This document shows, in pieces, positions 19,316 through 28,787 of a stretch of 61,661 nt of DNA. Location of the stretch: the NCBI GenBank assembly GCA_964371555.1, contig CAYJMQ010000001.1, positions 10,882 through 72,542 of the forward strand, read 5' to 3'. A model generated the notes under the pieces. That model did no database searches. It had not been told where the DNA came from and was given only the letters and a program-made list of their open reading frames with translations. A program made the position numbers and the translations under genes. Within the stretch, counting starts at the first letter, position 1; each line of letters opens with the position of its first letter. The stretch is from an uncultured bacterium (lineage in GTDB: Bacteria > Bdellovibrionota > JACOXK01 > 2-02-FULL-40-11).

Positions 19316-20053
19316 ATGCCGTTTCGGACGATTTCATTATTTCTATTGCCGCTGTCTCTTCTTTGGGCCGGTTGCGGCGAGAATGCGGAGAGTTTCCCAA
19401 GTTTTGAAGAAGCATTGGAAAAGGTCTTTGTTACCGGATCGAAAAAAGAAGAGAGTTCGTCTTCCTCTGGCGATCTTTCGAAGGAGACGGTTGAAAAGCT
19501 CAATCTTCACGTGGATGACGAAGCAGCCGTTATTTCAAACCTGACGACTTTAAAAGATAAAGATTTTAATATTGCTGATGAACAAAAGAATGCGCTGATT
19601 TCTCTAAATTATGTAACAACCATTGTTCGGAGATCGGAACTTTTACCCAAAGACAAGCAGTCTCCCTGTCAATGCCATTATGCCGCTTCTACCTTTAAAT
19701 TGGCTGCTCAAGTTCTTGGGGATTATCTCCTGAAGCTCCAAAAGCAAAATCTTTCAGTTTTGGCCAAAGAAGATCTCGATAAATTTCAGGAGCTTTATGA
19801 TCAATTTTCTCTTGGAAAAGAAATTTTGGAAGAGCTTTCAAAAGCCGATGTTTTAAGACTTCCGATGGCAAAGGATAGCAAAGAGAGAGAAGAACTCGAA
19901 GAAATTAAAAAGATTGCGGCGGAGGCGCTTAAAAAACTTTCTTTGGCAGGGGCTTCCGAATCTGCCAAACCTTCTGGAACTAAAAAAGAGAACGATAGAG
20001 ACAGAAAAAGAGAATCCCCCCAAAATGATGATTCAGGCGCTTCGAGAGAATAA
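19316..20053 (+). CDS. Hypothetical lipoprotein, Ser/Glu/Lys-rich
   Basis: Signal plus lipobox LSLLWAGC, with a charged low-complexity C-terminus. ATG at 19304 is an alternative start. Confidence 0.55.
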   Translation: MPFRTISLFLLPLSLLWAGCGENAESFPSFEEALEKVFVTGSKKEESSSSSGDLSKETVEKLNLHVDDEAAVISNLTTLKDKDFNIADEQKNALISLNYVTTIVRRSELLPKDKQSPCQCHYAASTFKLAAQVLGDYLLKLQKQNLSVLAKEDLDKFQELYDQFSLGKEILEELSKADVLRLPMAKDSKEREELEEIKKIAAEALKKLSLAGASESAKPSGTKKENDRDRKRESPQNDDSGASRE

Positions 20054-20094
20054 AGTGAAGCGTTTGGCACTCTCCTTGCAAATGCTGCCTCACA

Positions 20095-22284
20095 ATGTTT
20101 CGAAGATTTCCGAGACGGCATCTTTTTTTGACGGTTTTTCTTTGTCTGGGGATTGTTCGAGGCTTGATTTGGAAGCCACATTCTCCTACAGGCTATTTTG
20201 ATTCTCCACATCGTATCTGCGGGGCAGTCGGATTTCCGTCCGACAGTATTCTAAAAGAATTAACCCTAAAAGAATTAACCATTGATGAAAAAAAGATCTG
20301 GGGGCATCTTGAGATTTTCCTGTCTTCAAAAATAAAGAATCATCGAAAAATTCGCCCCGTTGGCACACGGATCTGCTTTTCAGGGATCGTCCGTGAGGTC
20401 CGAAACTTTGGTATTCCGGCTGAATTTGATATGCGGCGAAAAATGCTCTCAAAAAAAATCTGGGGGAGGGTTTTTTTGGGACGCAAAGATTCGATTCAAA
20501 TTCAAAAAAACTCCGCTTTTTATCCTGTTGAGATCCTGAGGGAGCAGTTTTTTCACTATCTGGATCGATTCCAGTCTGGGGGGAGGCTTCTTAAGATGGT
20601 TGTTTTGGGAATACCTGCGATGACACGTGAGCAGCGCGATGATTTTATCGCGACCGGCCTCTTGCACGCTGTGGTGATTTCCGGTCAAAATATCGCGCTC
20701 CTTTTTTTCTTTTCCTTTTCGCTTCTTTATTGGCTTTTTTCGAGATCCGAATACATTCTCCTTCATTGGCCACTGCAGAGGATTCTTGTTTTCTTATCTT
20801 CAGCCATTCTTTTCTTTTTCTATTTTTTCTCGGGAGGGGAAATTCCAATTCTCAGGGCGAGTCTTATGGCCTTTTCTTCATTGATCGCGCTCTTAAGTTC
20901 GAGGCCCCAAAATGGACTCTATGCGTTGTCTGTGGCGACGGCGCTGATTTTAAATTTTATCCCCTCTTCGGCTCTGGATCCCTCCTTTCAACTCTCTTTT
21001 ATTTCTGTATTGGGGCTCTGCCTGACCCGTTTTTTTATTTCAGATATTCAAAAGAATCTCTGGAAAATGATATTCTTTTCCACGCTGATCTGCACAATCG
21101 TAACAGCCCCGATCGTGATTTATTATTTTCACAGGTTTTCTCTTATTGGAATTGCCGCAAATCTGGTTGTTACACCGCTCATGAGTTTTTTGATTCTTCC
21201 GGGTTCTTTTCTTATTACTTTTTTTTATTTTATTTCTGAACCTGTTTGTCATGTTTTAATGATGATTTTTGAGCCCCTGGCGCGATGGCTATTTTCTTTT
21301 ATCCATCTCCTTGCTTCTTTTCCTTTGAGCTCCGTGATTGTAAGGCCCCCTTCATTGCCCAGCCTTTGTCTCGTCTATGTCGGAATGGCGCTTCTTTTTT
21401 TCCAAAAGAAAAAGTTCTCATCAAAAAATTGGCTAACCGCTGTTTTGGCAGGTCTCTTTTTATTTTTTTTGTTTCCCGATCGGATGGGAGTTTTTTTCAA
21501 AAATGGGGGAGATCTTAAAATCTCTTTTCTAAGTGTTGGGCAGGGCGATTCAACACTCATAGAATTTCCTGATGGGGGGACGATGCTGGTCGATGCCGGC
21601 GGGATTCATCCTCATTTTGATATCGGCGAAAGACTTTTGGCTCCCTATCTTTGGAAAAAGGGGATCCGAACCATCGATGTATTGATTTTGACCCATTCGG
21701 ATTTTGACCATACGGATGGGGCGAGATTTTTGATCGATCATTTTGATGTAAAAGAAATGTGGATTTCGCAATGGAGAGGCGGAATTCATTACGAACATAT
21801 TTTGGAACTTTCAGAAATAAAAAATATCCCGGTTTATTTGATTTCAAAAGAGACAGGCATAAAGATTTTTAAAGGGGTTGAATTTCAATTTTTGAATCCA
21901 AAAAATGTATTTGAAAAAGCGACCGATAATCACCAATCGATTGTATTCAAATGCAGATACAAAAATTTTTCTGTCCTGTTTACAGCCGATATTGAAAAGG
22001 ATGTGGAAGAGGAGATCTCGTATTTCCCGCTTCAAAGCACTGTCTTAAAGGTTCCTCATCATGGCTCGAAAACGTCGAGCAGTCTCTCATTTTTACGCTC
22101 CGTAAAACCAAAATTTGCCGTTATCAGTTCAGGCTACGCGAATCGTTTTGGACATCCGCATGATGAGGTACTGCGGCGATACCGGGAGCTCGGTATCCCC
22201 CTCTTTCGGACCGATCAGGAGGGGACATTGGAAATTCGAACCGATGGTTCGTCGAGCTATTTCTTGAAGAAACCACATGTCTGA
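20095..22284 (+). CDS. comEC: DNA internalisation-related competence protein ComEC/Rec2
   Basis: Polytopic competence domain followed by a metallo-beta-lactamase domain (LILTHSDFDHTDG ... VPHHGSKTS). Confidence 0.85.
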   Translation: MFRRFPRRHLFLTVFLCLGIVRGLIWKPHSPTGYFDSPHRICGAVGFPSDSILKELTLKELTIDEKKIWGHLEIFLSSKIKNHRKIRPVGTRICFSGIVREVRNFGIPAEFDMRRKMLSKKIWGRVFLGRKDSIQIQKNSAFYPVEILREQFFHYLDRFQSGGRLLKMVVLGIPAMTREQRDDFIATGLLHAVVISGQNIALLFFFSFSLLYWLFSRSEYILLHWPLQRILVFLSSAILFFFYFFSGGEIPILRASLMAFSSLIALLSSRPQNGLYALSVATALILNFIPSSALDPSFQLSFISVLGLCLTRFFISDIQKNLWKMIFFSTLICTIVTAPIVIYYFHRFSLIGIAANLVVTPLMSFLILPGSFLITFFYFISEPVCHVLMMIFEPLARWLFSFIHLLASFPLSSVIVRPPSLPSLCLVYVGMALLFFQKKKFSSKNWLTAVLAGLFLFFLFPDRMGVFFKNGGDLKISFLSVGQGDSTLIEFPDGGTMLVDAGGIHPHFDIGERLLAPYLWKKGIRTIDVLILTHSDFDHTDGARFLIDHFDVKEMWISQWRGGIHYEHILELSEIKNIPVYLISKETGIKIFKGVEFQFLNPKNVFEKATDNHQSIVFKCRYKNFSVLFTADIEKDVEEEISYFPLQSTVLKVPHHGSKTSSSLSFLRSVKPKFAVISSGYANRFGHPHDEVLRRYRELGIPLFRTDQEGTLEIRTDGSSSYFLKKPHV
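20251..20280 (+). repeat. 15-bp perfect tandem duplication inside comEC (encodes KELTLKELT)
   Basis: CTAAAAGAATTAACC x2, read directly. Confidence 0.9.
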
Positions 22285-22400
22285 TTCTTTATCGTTGTGC
22301 AGGGTTTATACACTTAATAAGCTTATAACCCTTTAAAATAATTACATTTTGTCCTGGTATTGATTTTGCAGTAGGCGTTCCTGTTAAAGGGGAATGGGAA

Positions 22401-23969
22401 ATGAACAAAAGGATTCTGGTCCTGTTTTTGGCTGCATGGCTTGTTTTTGCGATCGGATGTTCGAAAGAAGCAGATAAAAGGGATTCGTCAACAAATATAC
22501 CGGCCGGATCATTCAGCAGTGGCAATGGCAGCAGTGGCAATAGCGCAGATGAAGATTGGGGCTTAGAGACAGAGGCATGGAATTGCCAAGATTCTTTAAA
22601 GATTTTTTCGTATCTCGAGAAAGTTCATCTGAACGGTGAAAGAATCAAATCGGAAAAATGGATATTGGTGCGTGAAGCGCTTCGAAAGATTTTAGATAAA
22701 AGAAGAATCCCGACTCCGCTTATTTCAGTGTCTGAAAAAAGGGTATCTTATATAAACTTTATTCCTCCTGCGCTCCGCAGGTGTCAATTATTTCTGGATC
22801 AGATTGAAGATGAGAAAAAATATTGCGCAACGGTTGAAAAAATTGCTTCAGAGATTGAAACCGACGGTGTCCCTCCCTTCACACCCCTTACAAAAGAAGA
22901 GCTTCTTCGTTTGATTCACAAGGGAATCTTAAGATATTTTATTGCAAGCCTCGATCCCCATTCCTGGATGAACGAATGGATTGAATTTCAATCAAGAAAA
23001 GCGGGCATATTTTTTGATGTGGATCCGAACGAAAATGTTTTTCGTTCTCCTCCAAATATTAAAGATAACCCGGTTTTTAATTTACCCGCCCAAGATTCTT
23101 TGCATGCCCGTTTCTTTGGAGACGAAAATGAAATTTTATATATAGAACTTTTGCGATTTAATGAAACTTCGTCCGTCTCTTTTAAGAAAGAATATGAAAC
23201 CTTTGTCTCTCTTTCAGATAAAAGAAAAGGGTTGATCATCGATCTGCGCAGAAACGTTGGAGGGAGCGTTGCGGCCGTGGCAGAACTTTCGGATCTCTTT
23301 TTAAAGGAAGGACCCACACTTGTGATGAGGGAAAAAAAAGATGAGAACGAATGGGAAAATCATATCCGCTATGCGCAGATTGGAAATGAGCTAAATGGAA
23401 TCGATCGGCTTCCCATTGTTATCTTAATCAGTCGTTTCTCCGCTTCCGCGTCGGAGATATTTGCTTCGATCATGAAAGAATATCATGCTGCCGTCATTAT
23501 CGGCGAGCGTTCATTTGGAAAAGGGACGGGGCAGATCAACGGCCCGCTCACCGCGTTTCCATTGGGGGTGAAATCGCGCTCGGTTCTTTCAGTGACGACA
23601 GATTATACCTACTCTCCAAGCGGCAGGCCTCTTCAGCTGGAAGGGGTAGAACCGGATATTTATGTTTATGACCATGACTATCGTGATTGCCTTGAAAAGT
23701 GCCCCGCAGACCGACCGCACGAGCGTTGGATCGATCGCCAATTATTACCGAGCTGCTGTGAAAAGGCTTTTTTTGACGCGCATTATGAAAGAAATTTAAG
23801 AAACACCGTCCCCGTTCCTTTACCGCAGTCGACCTCTTTTAAAGAGCCCCCCTTTTCCACGATGAATTCATGGTGGCTCGATTTAAAACAAAAACTTGAA
23901 AAATATTTTTCTGATCTGAAAGGGGAATTTAGGCTCGGTTTACTCCTCGATTTTTTTTCTTCCTTCTAG
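22401..23969 (+). CDS. S41-family (C-terminal processing/tail-specific) peptidase-like lipoprotein
   Basis: Lipobox VFAIGC. S41 core motifs LIIDLRRNVGGS, the Ser in SRFSASASEIFA, and the Lys in ERSFGKGTGQ. Confidence 0.75.
   Translation: MNKRILVLFLAAWLVFAIGCSKEADKRDSSTNIPAGSFSSGNGSSGNSADEDWGLETEAWNCQDSLKIFSYLEKVHLNGERIKSEKWILVREALRKILDKRRIPTPLISVSEKRVSYINFIPPALRRCQLFLDQIEDEKKYCATVEKIASEIETDGVPPFTPLTKEELLRLIHKGILRYFIASLDPHSWMNEWIEFQSRKAGIFFDVDPNENVFRSPPNIKDNPVFNLPAQDSLHARFFGDENEILYIELLRFNETSSVSFKKEYETFVSLSDKRKGLIIDLRRNVGGSVAAVAELSDLFLKEGPTLVMREKKDENEWENHIRYAQIGNELNGIDRLPIVILISRFSASASEIFASIMKEYHAAVIIGERSFGKGTGQINGPLTAFPLGVKSRSVLSVTTDYTYSPSGRPLQLEGVEPDIYVYDHDYRDCLEKCPADRPHERWIDRQLLPSCCEKAFFDAHYERNLRNTVPVPLPQSTSFKEPPFSTMNSWWLDLKQKLEKYFSDLKGEFRLGLLLDFFSSF
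22514..22543 (+). repeat. 15-bp tandem duplication inside the S41 gene (encodes SSGNGSSGN)
   Basis: CAGCAGTGGCAATGG CAGCAGTGGCAATAG. Confidence 0.9.
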
Positions 23970-24009
23970 TTTCCCTTCGTGATAATCGTCAAAAGCTATT
24001 AGGGATTTA

Positions 24010-24048
24010 GATCCTTCGCTGCGGGCTTTGCCCTGCGCTCAGGATGAC
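24010..24048. repeat. Solo arm related to the inner arm of the 98-bp MITE (GTCATCCTGAGCGCAGGGCAAAGCCCGCAGCGAAGGATC on the minus strand)
   Basis: Shares the GTCATyCTGAGCGC...hairpin...GCGAAGrATC architecture with 32801-32829. Intergenic, upstream of hisS. Confidence 0.55.
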
Positions 24049-24059
24049 AGGGAGTATTC

Positions 24060-25316
24060 ATGCCATACGAAAGTGTAAGAGGGATGAACGATGTGATCCC
24101 TCCAGAATCATCTTTTTGGGGTGAGTTGCAGTTAAAGGCGCGTCGGTTATTTGAGAGTTTTGGGTTCTCTGAAATCATAACCCCCGTTGTGGAACGCACC
24201 GATCTTTTTACGCAGAGCGTTGGCCAAACCACCGATATTATCGAAAAACAGATGTATACGTTTGAAGACAAAAAGGGGGAGCGCTTATCTTTGCGTCCCG
24301 AAGGGACGGCGCCTGTCGTTCGGGCATATCTTGAACATCAGCTTTATCATCCCGATCCTTACAAAAAACTCTATTATTGGGGACCGATGTATCGATATGA
24401 GAGAACGCAGAAAGGACGATACCGCCAGTTTTATCAATTTGGGGTCGAAGTATTTGGCGCCCCTTCCCCGCGTATTGACGCAGAAACGATTTATATGGTG
24501 ACACAATATTATAAAGAAGTCGGTGTAAAATCGTTTGAGGTTCAGATCAATTCAATGGGATGCCAAACATGCCGCCCCCCCTATCGTGAGATGTTGCTCT
24601 CTTATCTCAGGCCGCTCTCATCCGAGCTTTGCGCGGATTGCCAGAGACGGCTTGAAAAAAATCCGCTTCGGACACTCGATTGCAAGGAAGAGCGCTGCCG
24701 TGTTTCGACAAAAAAAGCTCCCAAAATAGTCGATCATCTCTGTCAGTCTTGTAAAGATCATTTTCAAGGATTGAAAGAGGCGCTTCATCAATTGAATGTG
24801 GAAAATGTCATGAATCCGAATATTGTCCGCGGGCTAGATTATTATGTGCGCACCGCATTTGAAATTGTATCGTCTGATTTGGGATCGCAAGACGCGCTTG
24901 GCGGAGGGGGGCGATACGATGGGCTTGTAAAGGCGCTGGGGGGGGCGGATATCCCCGCATTTGGTTTTGCGGGAGGGATTGAGCGGCTTGTGATGGTGCT
25001 ATCGAGAGATTTATCTTCGTCAATCGATCTTTATGTGGCGGCGCTTGGCCCAAAGGCAGAGGCTTTTTCATTTGCGCTGACGAATAAATTGCGAATGCAG
25101 GGGATCCGAACCGAGATCGATTACAACGATTTTCCTCTCAAACAACAGATGAAAAAAGGGGATCGCTTCAACGCGCGGTTTGTATTAATCATCGGCGATC
25201 AGGAGATGGAGGCGGGGGAGGCGATTTTGCGAAATATGTCAACCAAAGAACAGCTGAAAATTCCTTTTGGCGAACTTCGGCAAGCAATTCCGGAGAAAGT
25301 AAAGAGATCATCATGA
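24060..25316 (+). CDS. hisS: Histidine--tRNA ligase
   Basis: Class II aaRS motifs (RLSLRPEGTAPVVR; MYRYERTQKGRYRQFYQFGVE) and a C-terminal anticodon-binding domain. Confidence 0.95.
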   Translation: MPYESVRGMNDVIPPESSFWGELQLKARRLFESFGFSEIITPVVERTDLFTQSVGQTTDIIEKQMYTFEDKKGERLSLRPEGTAPVVRAYLEHQLYHPDPYKKLYYWGPMYRYERTQKGRYRQFYQFGVEVFGAPSPRIDAETIYMVTQYYKEVGVKSFEVQINSMGCQTCRPPYREMLLSYLRPLSSELCADCQRRLEKNPLRTLDCKEERCRVSTKKAPKIVDHLCQSCKDHFQGLKEALHQLNVENVMNPNIVRGLDYYVRTAFEIVSSDLGSQDALGGGGRYDGLVKALGGADIPAFGFAGGIERLVMVLSRDLSSSIDLYVAALGPKAEAFSFALTNKLRMQGIRTEIDYNDFPLKQQMKKGDRFNARFVLIIGDQEMEAGEAILRNMSTKEQLKIPFGELRQAIPEKVKRSS

Positions 25317-27079
25317 ATTTAAAACGCACACAGTCCTGTGGCGACTTAACGATAAAAGATGTGGGTCGGAATGTGATTCTTTCGGGGTGGGTTGCGCGTC
25401 GGAGAGACCATGGGGGGGTGATCTTTATCGATCTTCGGGATCGCTATGGAATTACACAGGTGGTTTTTAATCCGAAGGTGAATCCATCTGTTCACAAAAT
25501 GGCGGATGCGCTTCGAAATGAATATGTGATTTCGGTGAGTGGAAAAGTCGCCACGAGGCCTGAGCGGATGGAAAATCCCAAAATGAAGACGGGCGAAATT
25601 GAGGTGACTGTCGATGCCCTTGAAATTTTAAACAGCTCCAAAGCGCTCCCATTTTTGATTGAAGAAGAGGCGGATGTGGCTTCAGAAAGCGTGAGATTAA
25701 AATATCGCTATTTGGATTTGAGACGAAAAAAACTTGCGCGCAATTTGATTTTGAGGCATCGGGTGGCTCAAACCGTTCGCCAATATCTTGTGAAAAACGA
25801 TTTTTTGGAATTAGAAACCCCGTTTCTTATCAAAAGCACGCCAGAGGGGGCGAGGGATTATCTTGTTCCGAGCCGTTTGAATCCGGGGCATTTTTACGCG
25901 CTTCCCCAGTCCCCACAGATTTTTAAACAGCTTTTTATGGTTTCCGGCTTTGAGCGATATTTTCAGATTGCCCGCTGTTTCCGCGACGAAGATTTACGGG
26001 CCGATCGCCAGCCTGAATTTACCCAGATTGATATTGAGATGTCTTTTGTCGATTCGGATGACGTCATGCGGCTGATCGAGGGGATGATGGCTCAAATTTT
26101 TATGACTGAGAAAAATATCGATCTGAAAGTTCCTTTTCAGAGATTGACATATCAGGAAGCGATCGATCGCTACGGCGTTGATAAACCCGATCTCCGGTTT
26201 GGTTTGGAACTTAAAGAAATTACAGACCTTGTAAAAGATGTCGAATTTAAGGTTTTTTCTTACGCAGCCCAGGAAGGGGGGGTGGTAAAGGCGCTCAGGG
26301 TTCCAAACTCTTCTCTTTCCAGGAAGGATTTTGATGAGCTTGAGAAACAGGCGGCTATTTATGGGGCCAAGGGGCTTGCGTGGGTAAAAATTGAGGATCG
26401 TTTATGGAAATCGCCGATTACAAAGTATTTTAAAGAGGCCGAAATCAAAAAGATCAATGAAAAATTAGGCGCAGGCGAAGGGGATGCGCTGCTTTTCATT
26501 GCGGATACTGAATCAGACGTTGTCAATGCCTCCCTTGGGAATCTTCGGGTTCACCTTGGGAAAAAATTGAAATTGATCCCAGCCGATGAAGTGAAGTTTT
26601 GCTGGGTCTATCAGTTTCCATTGTTTGAAATCGATCCCGAAGAAAATCGACTTGTTTCAAAACATCATCCCTTCACACGTCCGAGATGCGAGGATATCGC
26701 GCATCTGTCCAAAAAACCGCAAGAGGTTCTCTCAGATGCGTATGATCTGGTTTTAAATGGCGTGGAAATCGGGGGTGGAAGTATCCGGATTCATGAAAAA
26801 GAGATCCAGGACGCGGTTTTTAAGATTTTAAAGATTGAAAAAGAAGAGGCCGCGGAAAAATTTGGATTTTTGTTAGAGGCGCTTCAGTTCGGGGCTCCCC
26901 CCCATGGCGGGATTGCGCTCGGTTTTGACCGGCTGATTGCCTTTTTGTGCGGCTCTGAGTCGATTCGGGATGTGATGGCGTTTCCCAAGACCCAAAAAGC
27001 GCAGTGTATGATGAGTCAGTCCCCCGGGCGGGTCGATGAAAAACAGCTCAAAGAACTTCATTTGAAGGTGACCAAGTGA
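25313..27079 (+). CDS. aspS: Aspartate--tRNA ligase
   Basis: N-terminal OB fold (GWVARRRDHGGVIFIDLRD), motif FYALPQSPQIFKQ, RCFRDEDLRADRQPEFTQID, and GGSIRIH. 4-nt overlap with hisS. Confidence 0.95.
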   Translation: MNLKRTQSCGDLTIKDVGRNVILSGWVARRRDHGGVIFIDLRDRYGITQVVFNPKVNPSVHKMADALRNEYVISVSGKVATRPERMENPKMKTGEIEVTVDALEILNSSKALPFLIEEEADVASESVRLKYRYLDLRRKKLARNLILRHRVAQTVRQYLVKNDFLELETPFLIKSTPEGARDYLVPSRLNPGHFYALPQSPQIFKQLFMVSGFERYFQIARCFRDEDLRADRQPEFTQIDIEMSFVDSDDVMRLIEGMMAQIFMTEKNIDLKVPFQRLTYQEAIDRYGVDKPDLRFGLELKEITDLVKDVEFKVFSYAAQEGGVVKALRVPNSSLSRKDFDELEKQAAIYGAKGLAWVKIEDRLWKSPITKYFKEAEIKKINEKLGAGEGDALLFIADTESDVVNASLGNLRVHLGKKLKLIPADEVKFCWVYQFPLFEIDPEENRLVSKHHPFTRPRCEDIAHLSKKPQEVLSDAYDLVLNGVEIGGGSIRIHEKEIQDAVFKILKIEKEEAAEKFGFLLEALQFGAPPHGGIALGFDRLIAFLCGSESIRDVMAFPKTQKAQCMMSQSPGRVDEKQLKELHLKVTK

Positions 27080-27119
27080 GGGTGATTTGGCTTCGTCTCA
27101 ACCCAAAAGCGGGTTAGCT

Positions 27120-28787
27120 ATGTCAGAGACATTTGACGTCATTATTATTGGCGGTGGAATTAACGGGACTGGAGTTGCCAGAGACTGAGCGCTTCGCGGG
27201 TTAAAAACATTACTGATTGAAAAGAAAGATTTGTGCGGCGGAACCTCCGGCTCTTCTTCGGGAATGATTCATGGCGGGCTTCGTTATCTTCTTTATGATG
27301 TAAAGACAACGAAGATTTCATCGAAAGACAGCGGTTATATTCAAAAAATCGCCCCTTTTTTATTATTCCGGATCCCTTTTTTATTTCTGATTCATGGGAA
27401 AGAAGGGCCAAATGTGGAGTTTCTTGAAACCTTTTTTGAAATTTATGATCGTTATTCAAAATTAAAAAATGCGAAGCTGCATACCAGACTGAATCAAGAG
27501 GAGGTTCATCGCCTCGAACCTGGCCTGGCTTCTGACATTACAGGGGCAATCACATTTGATGAATGGGGGGTCGACCCCTATCGTTTATGCCTGCTTAACG
27601 CGAAAGATGCCGTACGCTCGGGGGGAGAAGTTTTGCTTCATACGGAAGTCGTAGATCTCTTATTCTCTCAGGATGGGAAGGAGAAAAGAGTCAGCGGTGT
27701 TCGTGTTCGCACCCGAGACAGAGGGTATAAAGATTATTTTGGAAAGGTTGTTTTAAATATTTCAGGTCCATGGATTTCAAAAATTTGCAAGATGGCCGGG
27801 GTTGATCTCAGGCTGAGGCCCGGCAAAGGAATTCATATTGTCTTTGATCGGCGGATTTCAAACATTGCGTTAATGACGCAGACGATCGACCGCCGGTCGG
27901 TTTTTCTCCTTCCTTATGAGAATACTTCGATCATTGGAACAACAGATGACGATTTTTATGGGGATCCGGATCATCTGGAGGTGACGCAGGATGAGGTGGA
28001 ATATCTGTTTCAGGCGATTGAACGGGTATTTCCGGATATTCGTAAATACCGGGTCATAGCGACTTATGCCGGTATCCGTCCAACGCTTTATGAATGGGGG
28101 AAGCTCGAAGACGAGCTTTCCCGCGAACATAAAATTTTTGATCACAGTACAGAGGGGGTGGAAGGTTTTTTAACGATGGCTGGCGGGAAGCTTGCAAGTT
28201 ATCGTCTAATGAGTGAAGAACTGACGGATGTTGTTTGTAAAAAATTGAATCTCAGGAAAAAATGTGAAACGCATCAACGGCCGCTTCCCGGGGGTGAGGA
28301 TTTGATTTCGGCTGACGAACTCAAAGCGATGGCAGCGCGCGCCGGAATCTCTCTTTATGCGCTCTCCCGTCTCTATTTTCGTCATGGGGGGGGGATTCGT
28401 GATATTTTTTGTTTTATTGAGGAGCATCCGTCGTAACGTCGTCTGATTTGTGCGGCCGGGCCGGTTCTCGGAGCAGAGATGCGTTATGTGATTTCAAAAG
28501 AGTGGGCTGAGTCACTCGATGATATTGGAAGAAGAACACGACTGGGGTGGGGAGGCTGTCAGGGGGGCGATTGCGTCTGGCCGGCGGCGCTCATTTTAAA
28601 GGAAATGCTGGGTAAAGATCCTGTGAAGGAGGCCTCCATTTTTTTACAAAAACGTTGGAAATCTCTGATCCCTTGTTTCGAAGGAGATGCCGTCGCGCAG
28701 GAAGAGCTTAAATTTCAATGGCTTCATCTTTCTCAGCTTCCGGCTCAGCTTCCGGCACATCTGCCGGTCTCAGAGGTAAGACCATGA
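27120..28787 (+). pseudogene. glpA: Anaerobic glycerol-3-phosphate dehydrogenase subunit A (GlpA-like), single frame interrupted by TGA (27186-27188) and TAA (28434-28436)
   Basis: MSETFDVIIIGGGINGTGVARD-TGA-ALRGLKTLLIEKKDLCGGTSGSSSGMIHGGLRY aligns with E. coli GlpA DVIIIGGGATGAGIARDCALRGL. After the TAA the same frame continues into the BFD-like domain RRTRLGWGGCQGGDC. There are no frameshifts. Functional status is unresolved. Confidence 0.75.
28734..28769 (+). repeat. 12-bp tandem repeat x3 in the glpA tail (encodes QLPAQLPAHLPV)
   Basis: CAGCTTCCGGCT CAGCTTCCGGCA CATCTGCCGGTC. Confidence 0.85.

Noticed and set aside
27186-27260. SECIS element downstream of the glpA TGA
   Set aside because: Only a 3-bp GCG/CGC stem follows the codon. 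There is no extended hairpin with an apical G-containing loop at the expected distance, and the second interruption is TAA, which cannot encode Sec.
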